Below are positions 25,895 through 39,446 of a stretch of 64,000 nt of DNA, piece by piece; the first letter of the stretch is position 1, and every line of letters starts with the position of its first letter. Origin of the DNA: Azolla caroliniana (taxonomy: Eukaryota > Plantae > Polypodiophyta); contig JBHGNT010000018.1 in the NCBI GenBank assembly GCA_043228905.1, positions 5,766,001 through 5,830,000 on the forward strand, read 5' to 3'. The position numbers and the translations under genes are program-made. The notes beneath the pieces were generated by a model, which ran no database searches, was not told where the DNA came from, and was given only the letters and a program-made list of their open reading frames with translations.

Positions 25895-28800
25895 TCAAGC
25901 ATTAAATAGAGAGACCTCCCCTAATATGTGCTCATGAACCTCTTGGGGGACCTTGTAGACAGTGTTGTATCCCTTAACCTTGTGCTTTGCTTGAGTCATA
26001 TTGAATTTGATCGCAAGAATGGCATCGGCGTAGATTATTGCGATGGGTGCTTCTTTTAGTAATGCATATGTGTTCTTGCACTGCGGCAACTTTGCATAAT
26101 AGTTTCCATACACGACAGACTCACCAACGTTGAAATTGTTGCCCCAACCATCCCTCACCACTTCTTTCAATAATGTCTTTCCTTGCTTGCACACCACAAT
26201 GTAGTAGTCTTCTAAATCTTCATTCTGAGGATATTTGAGCACTGCAAAATGATCTCCAACTTCCAATAAAACTGCCAAGTCTTGATTTTGGTTGTAGTAT
26301 ACAATATCGTTTGAATGCACATCCTCTTCAATATCATCTTGTCGTTCAGGCTCAAGCTTCTGTAGCTTCCAGGGCTCCACGATTGATAGGTTGATGCATT
26401 TATCCCAAGCTTCATCTAGACACATGGAACAAAAGCATGATAAACTACAGAGTAACAATTGGGTTGTGTCCTTGCGGCTAAACCATAACACACAATGGGT
26501 GTTGCGTGTGCCTTTCACGGTTTTACAACCATATGATTTAGTTCTATCAACCTCATCAGCGCGAACTTCAACAAACAATCTGTTCTTACCGTCATTTGAC
26601 ATCTTCCATGTTAGCCACTACACAACATCATGTGCATTTTGTAACTTAGCGCTATTATTATCCAACTGCTCACTTGTAAGGGCACGTTTGATCACAGCCC
26701 CCGCGCCATCATGCTCTCCTTTTCCATGTCCAGACCCGAAGTAATTCCATTGCATACGAATATTGAATAAGGAGAAATACCTGCTTTGGTATCTCAGGTT
26801 TCCAACAAAATTAGTACTATGTTGTCAATTGAGAGTACTACACTTCCATTAATACTGATTTAGTACAAATACAAAACAAAGCATAGCACAACGTATCCAT
26901 TGAGAACACTCTACACTTATTAAAAGATAAATAGTACTATGTTGTCGACCAACAGTACCTGGCATCCATTTAATACTAACTTAGTATGGATATAGCACAA
27001 AGTATAGTACAATGAGTTCATGGAAAGCACTCTACATGTATTAACAGATAAATAGTACAAAATGTTCAATATCGGATAGTACAATACAATGTGTCCACGG
27101 AGAACACAACCCTCCTTAGAAGATCATTAGTACTACAAGACATGTACTTTACATCCCCCAATAAACACTGATTTAATATAGATACAACACATATTACAAT
27201 ACAGTGTGTTCATGGAGAACATTGATTAATAGATAATCAGTACCACACAGTGTGTTTAAAAGATGAGTACAAGATGAGTACAATACTATGAGTACAACAT
27301 GAGTAAATACTGATTTAGTACAATTCTCTTAAGGACGGACAATACTATGAGTACAAGATGAGTACTTTACATCCTCCTGTAAACACAACATAGTACAGAT
27401 ACAACACACAACATAGTACAATGTGTTTATGGAGAACCCTTCACATGGATTAAAACATAATTAGTACAATTCTCTTAAGGACGGACAATACTATAAGTAC
27501 AAGATGAGTACTTTACATCATTTTGTAAACACAACATAGTACAGAACCAACACACAACATAGTACAATGTGTCTATGGAGAACCCTTCACATGGATTAAT
27601 CGATACTTAGTACAATTCTCTTAAGGACAGACAATACTATGAGTACAAGATGAGTACTTTACATCCTTTTGTAAACACAACATAGTACAGAACCAACACA
27701 CAACATAGTACAATGTGTATATGGAGAACCCTTCACATGGATTAAAACATAATTAGCACAATTCTCTTAAGGACGGACAATACTCTAAGTACAAGATGAG
27801 TACTTTACATCCTTCTATACACACAACATAGTACAGATACAACACACAACATACTACAATGTGTCTATGGAGAACACTTCACATGGATAAAAAGATAATT
27901 AGTACAATTCTCTTAAGGACGGACAATACTATGAGTACAAGATGAGTACTTTACATCCTTCTGTAAACACAACATAATACAATGTGTCTATGGAGAACAC
28001 TTCACATGGATAAAAAGATAATTAGTACAATTCTCTTAAGGACGGACAATACTATGAGTACAAGATGAGTACTTTACATCCTTCTGTAAACACAACATAG
28101 TACAGATACAACACACAACATACTACAATGTGTCTATGGAGAACACTTCACATGGATAAAAAGATAATTAGTACAATTCTCTTAAGGACGAACAATACTA
28201 TGAGTACAAGATGAGTACTTTACATCCTTCTGTAAACACAACATAATACAATGTGTCTATGGAGAACACTTCACATGGATTAAAAGTTACTTAGTACAAC
28301 ATAATACAAACAAAATTAGTGTGCATGCATCCATTCACAAGTGCAAGATTCGAATAGTTACAAACATAATTAGTATGCATCCATGTGACTAGTACTGTTT
28401 GTTAATAGTTACAAACATAATTAGTATGCATCCACTAACACAAGAATTACTTCCTTACACATTGCATGATAAGTACTAAACATATGGATTAAAAATTACC
28501 TGGCGATAAAGTAGAACGATCGTGCCGCCTTAAACTGCGAGGCAGCACCATCAGACCAAACCCAATGATGGTTAAAGGTTAACCCTAGAGAAAATAAATT
28601 TGCATGGTGAAGCTTAAAACAATGTTGAACAAATAGTGTATCATGCTTTTTATCATCTAAAATGTAAAATATTGATTTCTTATATAACTCACCGTCTTGC
28701 CTCCAATAGCAAATATTATTGTACATTGATCATTGTACCAATGCATTGATTGAACCTCATTTTGAACTTTAAATGTATAGTTTTCTGCAAAATCAATAAC

Positions 28801-30161
28801 GGATACGATGACACCCGTTGGTAAGTTATTAATACATTCCTTGAACTGTGAATTTTGTCAATAACTCCGGAAGTTATGTGGAATAAACTCCCCAAGTTGT
28901 TTCTTAAATTCTGAGACAAGGGTAGCAGCACATGTGTCCTTATATACTTCCTTGATACGCTTAGTTACAACTCCCTTGCCAATATTTTCAGTCACATACT
29001 CCAAATATTTCCATTTCACGATATGACTATTTCCCATATCAAGCTCCTGCCTACAAAATAATGGTAGTGGACAAACCTTACATGTTCTTAATAGACATGT
29101 ACGACGATGCCACTCACATGATGGTTCTTTTTCACAAACACAAGACCTCCATAGCTCAGAAACGGATGCATAAGTCATGTTTCGTACATTACACCTATTA
29201 TCCTCCCCATTTGGTCTACAAATCTCACAAGTGCAGACACATAATTCCCCGTGTATACCCTTAGAATCAGTACGCATTGCATTCACTGCTAGCCTTAACA
29301 TGTCCATCTTCACATGGTACACACAACAACATGTATTCCTCTCATTTAATTTTCTAACATAAAATGGTTTCAAACCTTGGAACTTGCGGAATCCGACAGT
29401 CAAGCTTGGATGTTGGTCTTTAAAGTTCATGTACAATTCAGCCTACATCAACCAATATATATAGCAAACATTAATATACACTTGGTCAAAACACAAAGTT
29501 ATGGAATGTGAATTGATATAAAAAAATGGAATACCTCTGTCATCTCCAAGAAGTGTCTAGGGTGAATCTGGTACTTACCCTGACTTATTCGTTGTCTACA
29601 CACGTCCTTCTTATTTGGTGAGACAAGCGTATTTTTGGCCCAAAATGAATCCACTTTCTCAATAATCTCTTGAGATAAGGCATCACATCGTCGTCTACGT
29701 CCCGACCCCAGCCACTTGAATTTGCTTGAGTGTATATTTCGGCGATGTTTCCTCAAGTTCCTTCTTTGAATACCTAGGGCTAAGGCAACTTTAGTATCAC
29801 TATATTTTTTTTCTCTCACACCGTTCACAACCATGTGTAGGGTTGCCCTCTTTACAGCAAGTTTGTCTAAGCTCTCTATACCTTTCACCAAGTCTAGGGA
29901 TGACTTCATAGACTCCACAATCTCTTCTGAAACACATTGGTCCCTAAATTTTATTCTCTCCATGTCTTCATTCAAACTTTGATGGTGTAACACTCTACAG
30001 ATAATATCCCTACGATCCTCTTCACTAAATCTCTTCGTTATTTCTACCAAATAACGGACTATGTGAAGAACCACTCGTCTCTTAGTCCTTTCATATATGC
30101 ATGAGTTACTTGACAACTCACTCTCGTTAGGAACCCCCATTCGGTCACTAGATTTATCCAC
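25895..30161 (-). pseudogene. Sola2-like DDD transposase; exons 30161-29535, 29442-28500, 26780-25895; two premature stops and one frameshift
   Basis: CCCVYH/CxCxxC cysteine cluster, IDFAENYTFKVQNEVQSMHW, WSDGAASQFK, WNYFGSGHGKGEHDGAGAVIKR, SCFCSMC; GT-AG introns 29443-29534 (phase 0) and 26781-28499 (phase 2) keep frame. Confidence 0.85.
27316..28300. repeat. Minisatellite of ~146-bp units (123-bp variants), about 7 copies, in the transposase intron
   Basis: ttagtacaattctcttaaggac(g/a)gacaatact recurs at ~27316, 27461, 27607, 27753, 27899, 28022, 28168. Confidence 0.9.
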
Positions 30162-30374
30162 AAAAATTAAGTGTCTTGCGAAAGTAGTTAATGTTATATA
30201 GACTCAACCAAGAAAACACAATCAAATGTTTTTAAATTTGGCCTGCAAAGTGAGAAATATTTTGTTTCAAACATTAGAATTACATATCAAATATGACAAA
30301 TGTCAATTCTAAAAATTTAGTACTGAAATATGAAGAAATGAAACATTTTAGTACTGAAAATAAAATAATGGATG

Positions 30375-30640
30375 GAAGGAACCTCCAATGGTGGAGGGAG
30401 CGTTGGATATGCCGCCTCGATTTGGTGGAAGGAACCTCCAATGGTGGAGGGAGCATGGATATGCAGCCTCGATTTGGTGGAAGGAACCTCCAATGGTGGA
30501 GGGAGCATTGGATATGCCACCTCGATTTGGTGGAAGGAACCTCCAATGGTGGAGGGAGCGTTGGATATGTCGCCTCGATTTGGTGGAAGGAGCCTCGATT
30601 TTGTGGAAGGAACCTCCAATGCCGCCTCGATTTGGTGGAA
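30375..30640. repeat. 53-bp tandem repeat (~4.5 copies) upstream of the transposase
   Basis: Unit gaaggaacctccaatggtggagggagcgttggatatgccgcctcgatttggtg. Confidence 0.9.
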
Positions 30641-31352
30641 AAAACCCCAAATCACCACGACATCAACTGCAATCGGTGGAAGTAAGAAAGTCGTTGTCGA
30701 AGAAGTGACTATTGGCTGCTACCTAAACCCTCAGAACAGTCTCTATACCTCAACCGAAACCTAACAAAAACAGAAACCCTAAAAAAATCAGAAATCCTCA
30801 ACTCAAACTCTCCAACCAAACATGGATGTCTGAGATTTAGATTGAAGGAAAATCAGAAACGTGACATGGATGTCTGTGATGAAAAGCTCAGAGGGATAGA
30901 GGAAGAGCAGTATGAGGGGAAGCGCCAAAATCGACGTGAGGGGAAAATAGCCCCCAAAATGGAAGAACATCTCCTCACGTGTTCCCCCCACTCCTTCTAC
31001 AGTAAATGACACTTGTACTACAGTCACCCCACTCTCCAAAATCGATTTTCCTTTTCTCTGATTTTTTTTCTGAATTATTCAGTACTAACAGTATTGAAAG
31101 TACTGACAATTTTTGTGGCCAAAAACAGTACTTTTCTGGTACACCGTAGCGTGCTTCGACCCTTTCGTCTGAATTCCCTTTCAGCTCTCGGTTGGAACTC
31201 TTCGAGGATGGACAACACCTTGTCCTTTGTTTTTAGCACAGAGGCCCATAACTTCCAGCTATGATCATCTATGAAGGTCACAAAGTATTTGGCACCGGCA
31301 TGAGACTTCACATCAATATAGCATACATATGTGTGCATGAGTTCCAAAGCAC

Positions 31353-34300
31353 TGACGGTGGCACCGCAATGTTCGCGAAGGGACAAAAAGTCATGTTGGA
31401 TATCGATTTATGGCACAAGCGGATAGGCCACGTCAACTACCAACAGCTTCAAGACCAGCAATCGAAACAAGTGGTGTTCGGATTGCCCAAATTTAGTGGC
31501 AGGAAGGCACAAATTTATGAAGCCTGCCAGCTTGGGAAGAAACACAGACATCCCTTCCCCAACGAGCGTAACCAGAGCCAGAACAAGCTTGACTTGATAC
31601 ACTCCGATGTGTGGGGTCCGGCACAAAACGTTAGTCTTGGCGGGAGCCAATATTTCGTCTCCTTCATCGACGACTACACGCGGCACACGTGGATCTACCT
31701 CATTGAGAGGAAGAGCGAAGTCTTCGACTATTTCTGGGACCTCAAAGGGTTCGTGGAAACGGAAATAGGAAGAAAAGATCAAGTGCCTACGGTCGGACGG
31801 CGGAAAAGAATACTTTTCCGCTCAATTCAACAGCTATCTACAACATATGGGAATTCGGCGCGAATTCAATTGTAGATACACACCGGAACAAAACGGTATG
31901 GCCGAGAGGAAAAATCGGTCAGTTGTGGAAGCGGCGCGGGAAATGCTAGAAGAAAAGAGCTTGCCCAAGTTCTACTGGGAAGAGGCGGTAAGGACCGTGA
32001 TATACATCTAGAACCGGATCAGAGACAAAGTGTCGGCGCACGAGCTGTATTTCAGAAGGAAGCCGAACTTGCAACACTTAACGAGTTTTCGGTAGCATTG
32101 CGTTTGTGCATGTGCCGAAGGAGAAATGGAGGAAGCTGGACGCAAAGGCCGAGAAATGTATCTTGGTCGGTTACTCGGACAAGCAGAAGGGTTATAAGTG
32201 TTATAACCTACGCACCAAACAAGCGCGCGTGCGCCACGACGTTGTGTTTGACGAGTCCGCGTCCTAGTACTTGCCTCCGACTCCGGACCTAACCTCCAAT
32301 CCGAGTTCTGACGATGAGGTCAGCGAGGCAGAGATGACTCCGGATGAGCCTGAAATCGGGACCCGCGAAGAGAGTCCAATTTCGTTTCGGTTAACTAGAC
32401 TGAATGGAGGACTGAGTCGATTCGACTAGTCCGATGAAGAGCCAACAAGTAGTGGGGACTCAGCCGTGCATTCCCCGCACAGGAAGCCGAGGAGACCGCT
32501 TACGCGCAAAGAGAAAGGGAAGAAGAAGGTGTCGGATTCCAGCACAAATAGGAACGAGTCTGACCGATGTGAGTCTGACTCCAAGGGAAGCGGTGACGGG
32601 TCTTCAAGAGCGAAGTCCACGTCAGCCGAGAAGACCTCGACATCGGCTAATGACCGATTATGCCAATCTACCCGCTAGAAGAACCCAGTTGTGCGGTTCG
32701 GATACAATGAGTACATGGCGCATCATTATGCGTACATGACCCGTGTAGCGGAAGTGCATGAGCCGGAGAGCTACGCAGAAGCGGTTAAGGACGCGAATTG
32801 GTGTGCCGCGATGGAGGAAGAGATGCAGGCATTGGCAGAAAATGAGACCTGGGACCTAGTTGACACACTGTAGGGTGTGAAGCCGATCGGATGTAGGTGG
32901 GTGTACAAAGTCAAGTACAACACCGACGACTCGGTCAACCGATACAAGGCCCGGTTAGTAGCGAAAGGCTATGCGCAGAAACACGGCATCGACTACAATG
33001 AGACGTTTGCGCCGGTCGCGAAGATGACGGTCGTTCGTGTTTTGCTCGTGGTAGCCGCAGCAAAGGGGTGGCAGTTACATCAGATGGATGTAAAGAATGT
33101 GTTCCTGCAAGGTGAGCTTGAGGAACAGGTGCACATGGTACAACCCCCCGGATTTCACTATGGAAGGAACACATCGGCAGTGTGCCGATTGAAGAAGTCC
33201 CTTTATGGACTGAAGCAAGCCCTGCGTGCCTGGAACGTGAAGTTCACACAGAAACTTCATCAGATGGGCTTTGCAACGTCAAAATCGGTCAACTCGGTAC
33301 GATCAGTATTTTACTATATGTTGATGACTTGGTCATCACCGGCGCCAACTTAGGTGAAATTGACCGCGTGAACCTCCAGTTCGCGGCATCATTCGACATA
33401 AAGGATCTGGGGAACCTTCATTACTTCCTCGGGATCGAAGTGATCCGTACCCCTGTTACCGTCCGGAAAAAGTAGTCCAGAGTGTGAAACGAAGGAGTTA
33501 TTTAATTATTAAGGAATGGTTGTAAGTAAGCTATTAGTGTAGACGGACGGACCGAAATCGGTATGCCGTTCCGGATCCGGACCGATCCCAAATAGGTGCG
33601 GATGGCACCGTTTTGTACTACGAACCGGAAACCTATTTAAAGGCCCGGATGCAATGTAATGTTCAGCGGATAATTAATGAAGCTTAGTGTTTTTATCTCT
33701 CTGTGTTAATTGTCGTTCTGCATTCATTTTTATATCTTACGCATGTGATTATTAAGGACGTTCTTGCTAAGTAACCTAATTAAGTTGGATTAATCGTTGA
33801 GCCTAATCCTCTTGCCGTAACACCCCTTTGGTGAAGTGTCTCCCGCAGTAAGCAGAAATGTCGGCTTTGCACCGCTAGGCGTTTCCTTTCGTCCCGGTTC
33901 ATCTCCTCCGGAGGCAGTCCTGTGCTCAGAAACTGGTGCATATTTGTGAGCCACTTGTCTTCCTGTGCCACCATCTCATCTGCTGCTATTTCCATAGTGA
34001 CTCGAAACAGCTCCGCATCCGGAAACTCGTCCGCTACTCCGTCGCCCGTCTCTCCGGACTCTAATCGGCTTAAATAATCCGCTACGGCATGTTGTATACC
34101 GGGTCGGTGGAATATTTCAAACTCCAATTCCTGTAACAGTAAGGTCCACCAGGCCAACTTACCGGTGAGTGACGCCTTGGACACCAGGTAGAGTAGTGCC
34201 GAATGATCTACATGGAAGGAAAACTTCCTTCCCAATAAATAATGCCGAAACTTTGTCACACTGTAGATCATCCCTAGAGCTTCCCGTTCCGTGGTAGAGT

Positions 34301-37300
34301 AGTTCCGTTCCGCTTGGGATAGCTTTCGGCTGGCATAGTACACTGGCCGGTACCACTTTCGCTCCGTCAGCTGCATCAGTGCGCTTCTGATTGCGATGTC
34401 AGAGGCGTCCATGAACACATGAAATTCTTTACTCCAATCCGGAGGTTGCACTACCGATGCTTGTGACAATAGTACCTTGAGCGCCCTATACGCCCTATCC
34501 TCGGTGTCGGTTCACTGGAATGGTGTTCGATGTACCGCGGCATGCAACGGTGTAGCCAGGTCGGCCAAGTATCGGAGCATCCGGCTGTGCCACTGGATCT
34601 GGCCTAAGAACCGGCTCAATGCCTTTGCCGTTGCCGGCGCCGATGCTTCTAATATGGCTTTCACTTTGTCCAGGTCGACTGCAATGCCTTCCTTGCTCAC
34701 AATATGTCCTAGTAGGGTTCCACTAGACACGCCAAATACACACTTCGCCCGATTCAAGCTTAGCCGGTACGCTCTACACTTTTCTAGACAAAGACGGAGG
34801 TGCTGAAAATGATCCTCTTCCCGGCTATAGACGGCGAAATCGTCAAGGAAAACCTGCATAAAAGCCGGGATATATTCACCAAAGATTTCCATGATGATTC
34901 GTTGGAATGTTGCCGGTGCGGTTTTGAGTCCGAACATCATCACCACGGCCACAAACACCCCCCATTCGGTGACGAAAGCCGTTTTCTCTTGGTCGTCGGG
35001 GTGCATCCGGATCTGATTATACCCATTGAATCCGTCTAGAAAGCTATAGACCTCATGGCCGGCAACGGCATCCAACACTCCATCTGTGAACAGAAGTGGA
35101 AACGCATCCATTACCATAGCCGCATTGAGTTTCCGGTAGTCCACACAAACTCGAATTTTTCCATTCTTCTTCGGTATGACTACGATCGGGCTCAGCCATG
35201 TCGCTTTCTTTACCGGACGGATAAAGCCAACTCTTAGCAGTTTGTCAATTTCCTCTTTGACTTTGGCGGCATAATTGGGATTCATCCGGTACCGTCTTTG
35301 TGCCACTGGTTTTGCGTCCTTGCTCAAGTGAATCTGATGCTGGTATAACTGAGGGTCAAGCCCTCGCATGTCTTCGTATGACCAGGCAAACATGTCACGA
35401 AATTCCGTGAGAAGTGTGATCATCGTCGTTTTGTCTTCGGACCTCATATCCTTGGCGATGTGCACCGGTTTTGCTTCGTTCGTGGTCCCTAGGTTCACCT
35501 CTTCAAGTTGTGACGCTTTTACGCGTTGTGAAATGGCCATTTCCCGTTCCAACGCTTCCTGCGCTTGCCGTAACTCTCGGATTGCGTCCTTATCTGGTTC
35601 TGCTTCAGTCTCTACCGGTTGCGGTAAGTATGGTGCTACTACTTCGGCAATGTCAATTTCGAAGAGGGGTACGATCTTCGGGTTTTCCTGCAAGTACTGA
35701 GCTTCTTCTTCGTCAGCTAACCCTTCTAGCATGTTGACGCACTCTGCATACAACGGTGTACATTCCTTGCCAGTGCTCGTCCTTGGCTGTGTTGGTACAC
35801 GTACCTTGGCTTTTCCTCGACGGAAGGTAATTATATTTTTCCTCCAATTCTGTTTGATATGTGCCATTTTCAACCATGGCTGCCCCAGCAATAGTGGGTA
35901 CGCGCCTTGTGCCTGTAATTGTAGCACTACTGCCGAGATGTGAAATGTATGACCGCCAATGGTGACTTCTAATTTTCGTATTAATCCTGTCGGCCGCACT
36001 AAGCTTGTATCGGCCATCCATAACCAGAATGGACACGGCTCCCACTCGTGGATTCCCATGGCATCACACGTCCGGAGGCTTATTACATTCACACCGGAGC
36101 CTCTGTCTATTACTGTGTCAGGGAGTTCTTTCCCTTTTACAATGGCAGTAATTACCGGACTGTTGGTGTCCACCACCGTTGGTCCCTCCTCCGGATTCGA
36201 GAAGAGTAACGGTGCCGGTGATGGTTCTCCTTCTGTCATGGTTGTCTTCAGTCCTTTCGTGAATCTTGGCACGAGCTGTAGGAGTCTTCCTAGTGGCAGC
36301 GTAATCTGGCATTCTTGCAACACCTGCCATGTCTCGTTCTCGGAGTGACTGCCGCCGGCAAGCCCTACGGTGTTCTCTTTTTGCCGCTCTAAGTCTGTTA
36401 CATTTTGCTCGTTTGCTTTCTTCACCCATTCCATCGCTTGCTTCCGGATGGTCTCCTACGTCTCCCATTCCTTGGCCATGCCCTTCGACCTTGTGGTCAC
36501 CTGCTGCAGATCTGCCACTTCAGGGACTACCATATTTACTGTCGGTCGTTTGTCATAGCTCTTCGCCGGGCATTGATTACTATAATGGCCTTCCTGTCGG
36601 CAGTAGTAGCAGTAGGCTTTCCGGGTATTGCTGGATTCGGCATTGTTTGTTGTACCCGGGGCAGGTCCTGTGGTAAGCGCGGGGTTTTGGGCCGGTTGGC
36701 TGCTTGAAGCTCCTTGTTCCGGATCCCGTGGGTGGCCGCCTTTTTTGAAATGCCGTTTTTTGTTATAGTTCTTCTTATTGCGGTACTCTTGACGAGGTTG
36801 GTCGTTATATCTGCCGTATTCCTCCCGTTGCTCACGATACCTGGGGGAGTGCTCCTAGTTGTAATGTTCGTATTGTCTATTGTAATCCCGGTACCGATCA
36901 TGCCTATCATGCCAGTCGTAGTTATCCCGCCGATCATCGTACCGGACATCATTCTCCCGTTGATCGCCATACCGAACATCCTATGCCAATCGGTATCAGT
37001 CCATTCGCCACCAGCGTTCCTCTTCTTCATCCCGGCTACTGCATGGCTCTATTTGTCGGACTAGCGGTGCTTGCCGATTCAATAGATTATACTCACACCT
37101 GTCCGTCGTATGGCCCTTGGATTGACAGATTACACATTGCGTCCTCATAGTGCATTCTAGTGCCGAGTGTCCGGAATTCAAGCAGGTTGTGCACTGTATT
37201 GCTTGCCGAAACCGGAGGTCTTCATCGGACGGTAACGCCCGTTGGAGTGCGCCCAGTGTAAGCCAGGAGCTTGTCTTTTCCATCTCTCTCACCCGGTCAA

Positions 37301-39446
37301 TTACTTGGTCGATGGTACTTGCACGGAAGTCAATTACTGTGCAAACCGTGCGTAGGGGTTCCCAGAGCGCATTTAGGAATATAGTTCGTAATTCCTCCTC
37401 TGGGGGTGCGCGGGCAAGCTGACTATGCATCCGTTGAAACCGGATGACAAATTGGGGAATGCTCTCGCCTGCCTCCTGTCGGATGGTATAAAACAAGCCC
37501 ACCATTACTGTCTGGTCCACCTCCTTTTGGAAAAAATGCAAGAATTTAGCTTTTAAATCTGCGAAGGTGGTGATGGTCAACGGGTCCTGCGTCCGGCGCC
37601 ATCTTGCTGCCGGTCCCTCCAATGTGATGCCAAATTCCGCTATCTTAGAGCGTTCCTCTTCCTCCGGGGTCAATCGCTGGGACACATGGTTTGCTTCCCA
37701 TGTCTGTTCAAAGGCGTGAACATGGGCTTCCACGCGATCACCCAACGCCATTATGTGCTGAGTATGCTCTTCAAATTCGGGATGCCCGACAGTAAGTTCG
37801 TCTTGACTCCTCTGGATATAACCGTCAAGCTTCACCCCGAATCTGGAAAGGTATGCGATCCGACGAGGTTCCGATAGATAGTCGGCAGCCTTATATACTT
37901 GACCATCACCCGACCAGATCTCAGCTACTCGGTCGTGGTGATTAGTCAATTTATGGCGCGACCTACCGAGGAGCACCTTCAGTGTGCGCAACGTGTACTG
38001 CGGTACGTAAGCGGCACTAAGGACCGGGGGCTACTATATCGGACCGATTCTACCTCGCAGTTGGTCAGCTACATCGATGCTAATTAGGCTGGCAGCGCCG
38101 CCGATCGCCGATCCACGTCCGGATACACGTTCTCTCTTGGGAGTGTTGCGATAGCATGGAGCAGTAAGAAGCAGCCGACAATTGCATTGTCGAGCACCGA
38201 AGCTGAGTACCGAGGAGCGGCTGTCGCGACATGCGAAGCCATATGGTTGAAGCGGCTACTTAATGACCTGCAAGAGGAGGTGTCCGATCTGACGACGATC
38301 TACTGCGACAACCTCAGCAGCATCCAGCTCACGAAGAACCCCATTTTCCACACACGGACCAAGCACATTGAGGTGCACTACCATTTTGTCTATGAGCGTG
38401 TCCTTTCTGGTGAAGTCGAACTTCAGTATGTTCCGACGGATCGGCAAACTGCCGACATCTTCACAAAGCCTCTTGGTTTGGACAAGTTGCGGCAATTCTC
38501 GGGTGCGCTTGGGTTGCGTCACCTCGACGTGCCGAACTTGAGGGGGAGAGAAGACCGCGACACCGAGCCGGATGACGAATTCGATTTCGGATCGGCTGAA
38601 GAAGCCGAGGGCGGATCCACGGAAGAGTCCAAAAGCGAGCATAAGGGGAGCAGCCGAAAGAAAGAGCCGAAGCCAACCAAGCATGGGGGAGATGACGCCG
38701 TCAAGGGCGAGAAGACCGAAGACGAGTTGGAGACAGCCAACTCAGACGAGAGCGAAAACCGATCCGAGGTAGCCGAGTCGGTTCGGATGTTTGATTCGGA
38801 TACACTGAATCAACCGAGGGCCAAACGGAAAAGAAGGCAGCAGGAGAAGCGCCAACACCGTGACAACAAGGGAGCTGTGAAGGGCCGTGGGAGCAGACAA
38901 GCCAACCGGAAGGATCGAAGCGCGCGGAATCGAATAGGCTAAGGAGCGCGAGCGAGGCGTGGAGCTAGGAGGAACTGGAGCGGTGATCCCGAAGATCCCG
39001 AAGAGCCTCAAGTTGAGCTTGAGGGGGAGTGTTGAGAGACAAGCTCAACATCGGTCGGATCGGTTGGGACCGATCGATTAGGCCGGATCGGTTGGAAACC
39101 GGTATGCAGACCGGTGCATAGGAAGGCTGGATTGGTGCGGAAACCGAGAGGCCATCAGAAGGATATTCCACAAGGAATATATTTGGGAGTTAGTGTAGGG
39201 GCTCCTCAATGAGCATTGAAGTACTGTCAGTACTTCTGTCAATCCGAAAAGGACTTGTATAAAAGTGTTCATTGAACACACACGATGTACAGATCGAGTA
39301 TTATTTTTGAATTAAGTTCTAGTGTTTACTCTCTCTCTGTCTCTCCCGTGTGTACTGTGCAAACCTAAGCTTTCCATTAAACCTGCGTTTTCTGTTGTTC
39401 GGTTTCCTATATTGCGTCCGCACGCCATTCTTTTCACTATAGAACA
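31353..39446 (+). mobile_element. 5'-truncated Ty1/copia element B (integrase, RT, RNase H, PPT, 3' LTR 39030-39446), interrupted by gypsy DNA at 33454-37734
   Basis: WHKRIGH..IHSDVWGP; [12 protein letters not shown]; YFLGIEVIRTP resuming as ITQRHYVLSML; [17 protein letters not shown]; GAGGGGGAG|TGTTGAG. Confidence 0.88.
33454..37734 (-). mobile_element. Rearranged Ty3/gypsy segment: LTR 33454-33822 plus gag, protease, RT, RNase H on the minus strand
   Basis: LTR TGTTACCG...CCGTAACA; ORF 34512-36434 (IDRGSGVN, VCVDYRKLN, FLDD), RNase H 33823-34469 (DASD..ERNYSTTERE), gag with CCHC knuckles 36996-37734. Confidence 0.85.

Larger units (their letters stand above)
18827..31162. mobile_element. 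Complete 12.3-kb Sola2-type DNA transposon
   Basis: 26-bp TIR GGGTCGAAGCA(T/C)GCTACGGTGTACCA; 4-bp TSD TTTC (18823-18826, 31163-31166); removing it restores the copia integrase frame RAEREFRRKLKAV; Sola2-like transposase inside. Confidence 0.85.

Noticed and set aside
27316-28300. Regularly spaced repeats resembling a CRISPR array
   Set aside because: Whole units repeat with no unique spacers, there are no cas genes, and the array lies in a spliceosomal intron; it is a minisatellite.
18827-31162. AGTACT as the target site of the methyltransferase
   Set aside because: The motif-rich Sola2 element and the MTase-bearing element have different termini, and nothing in the sequence links enzyme and site.
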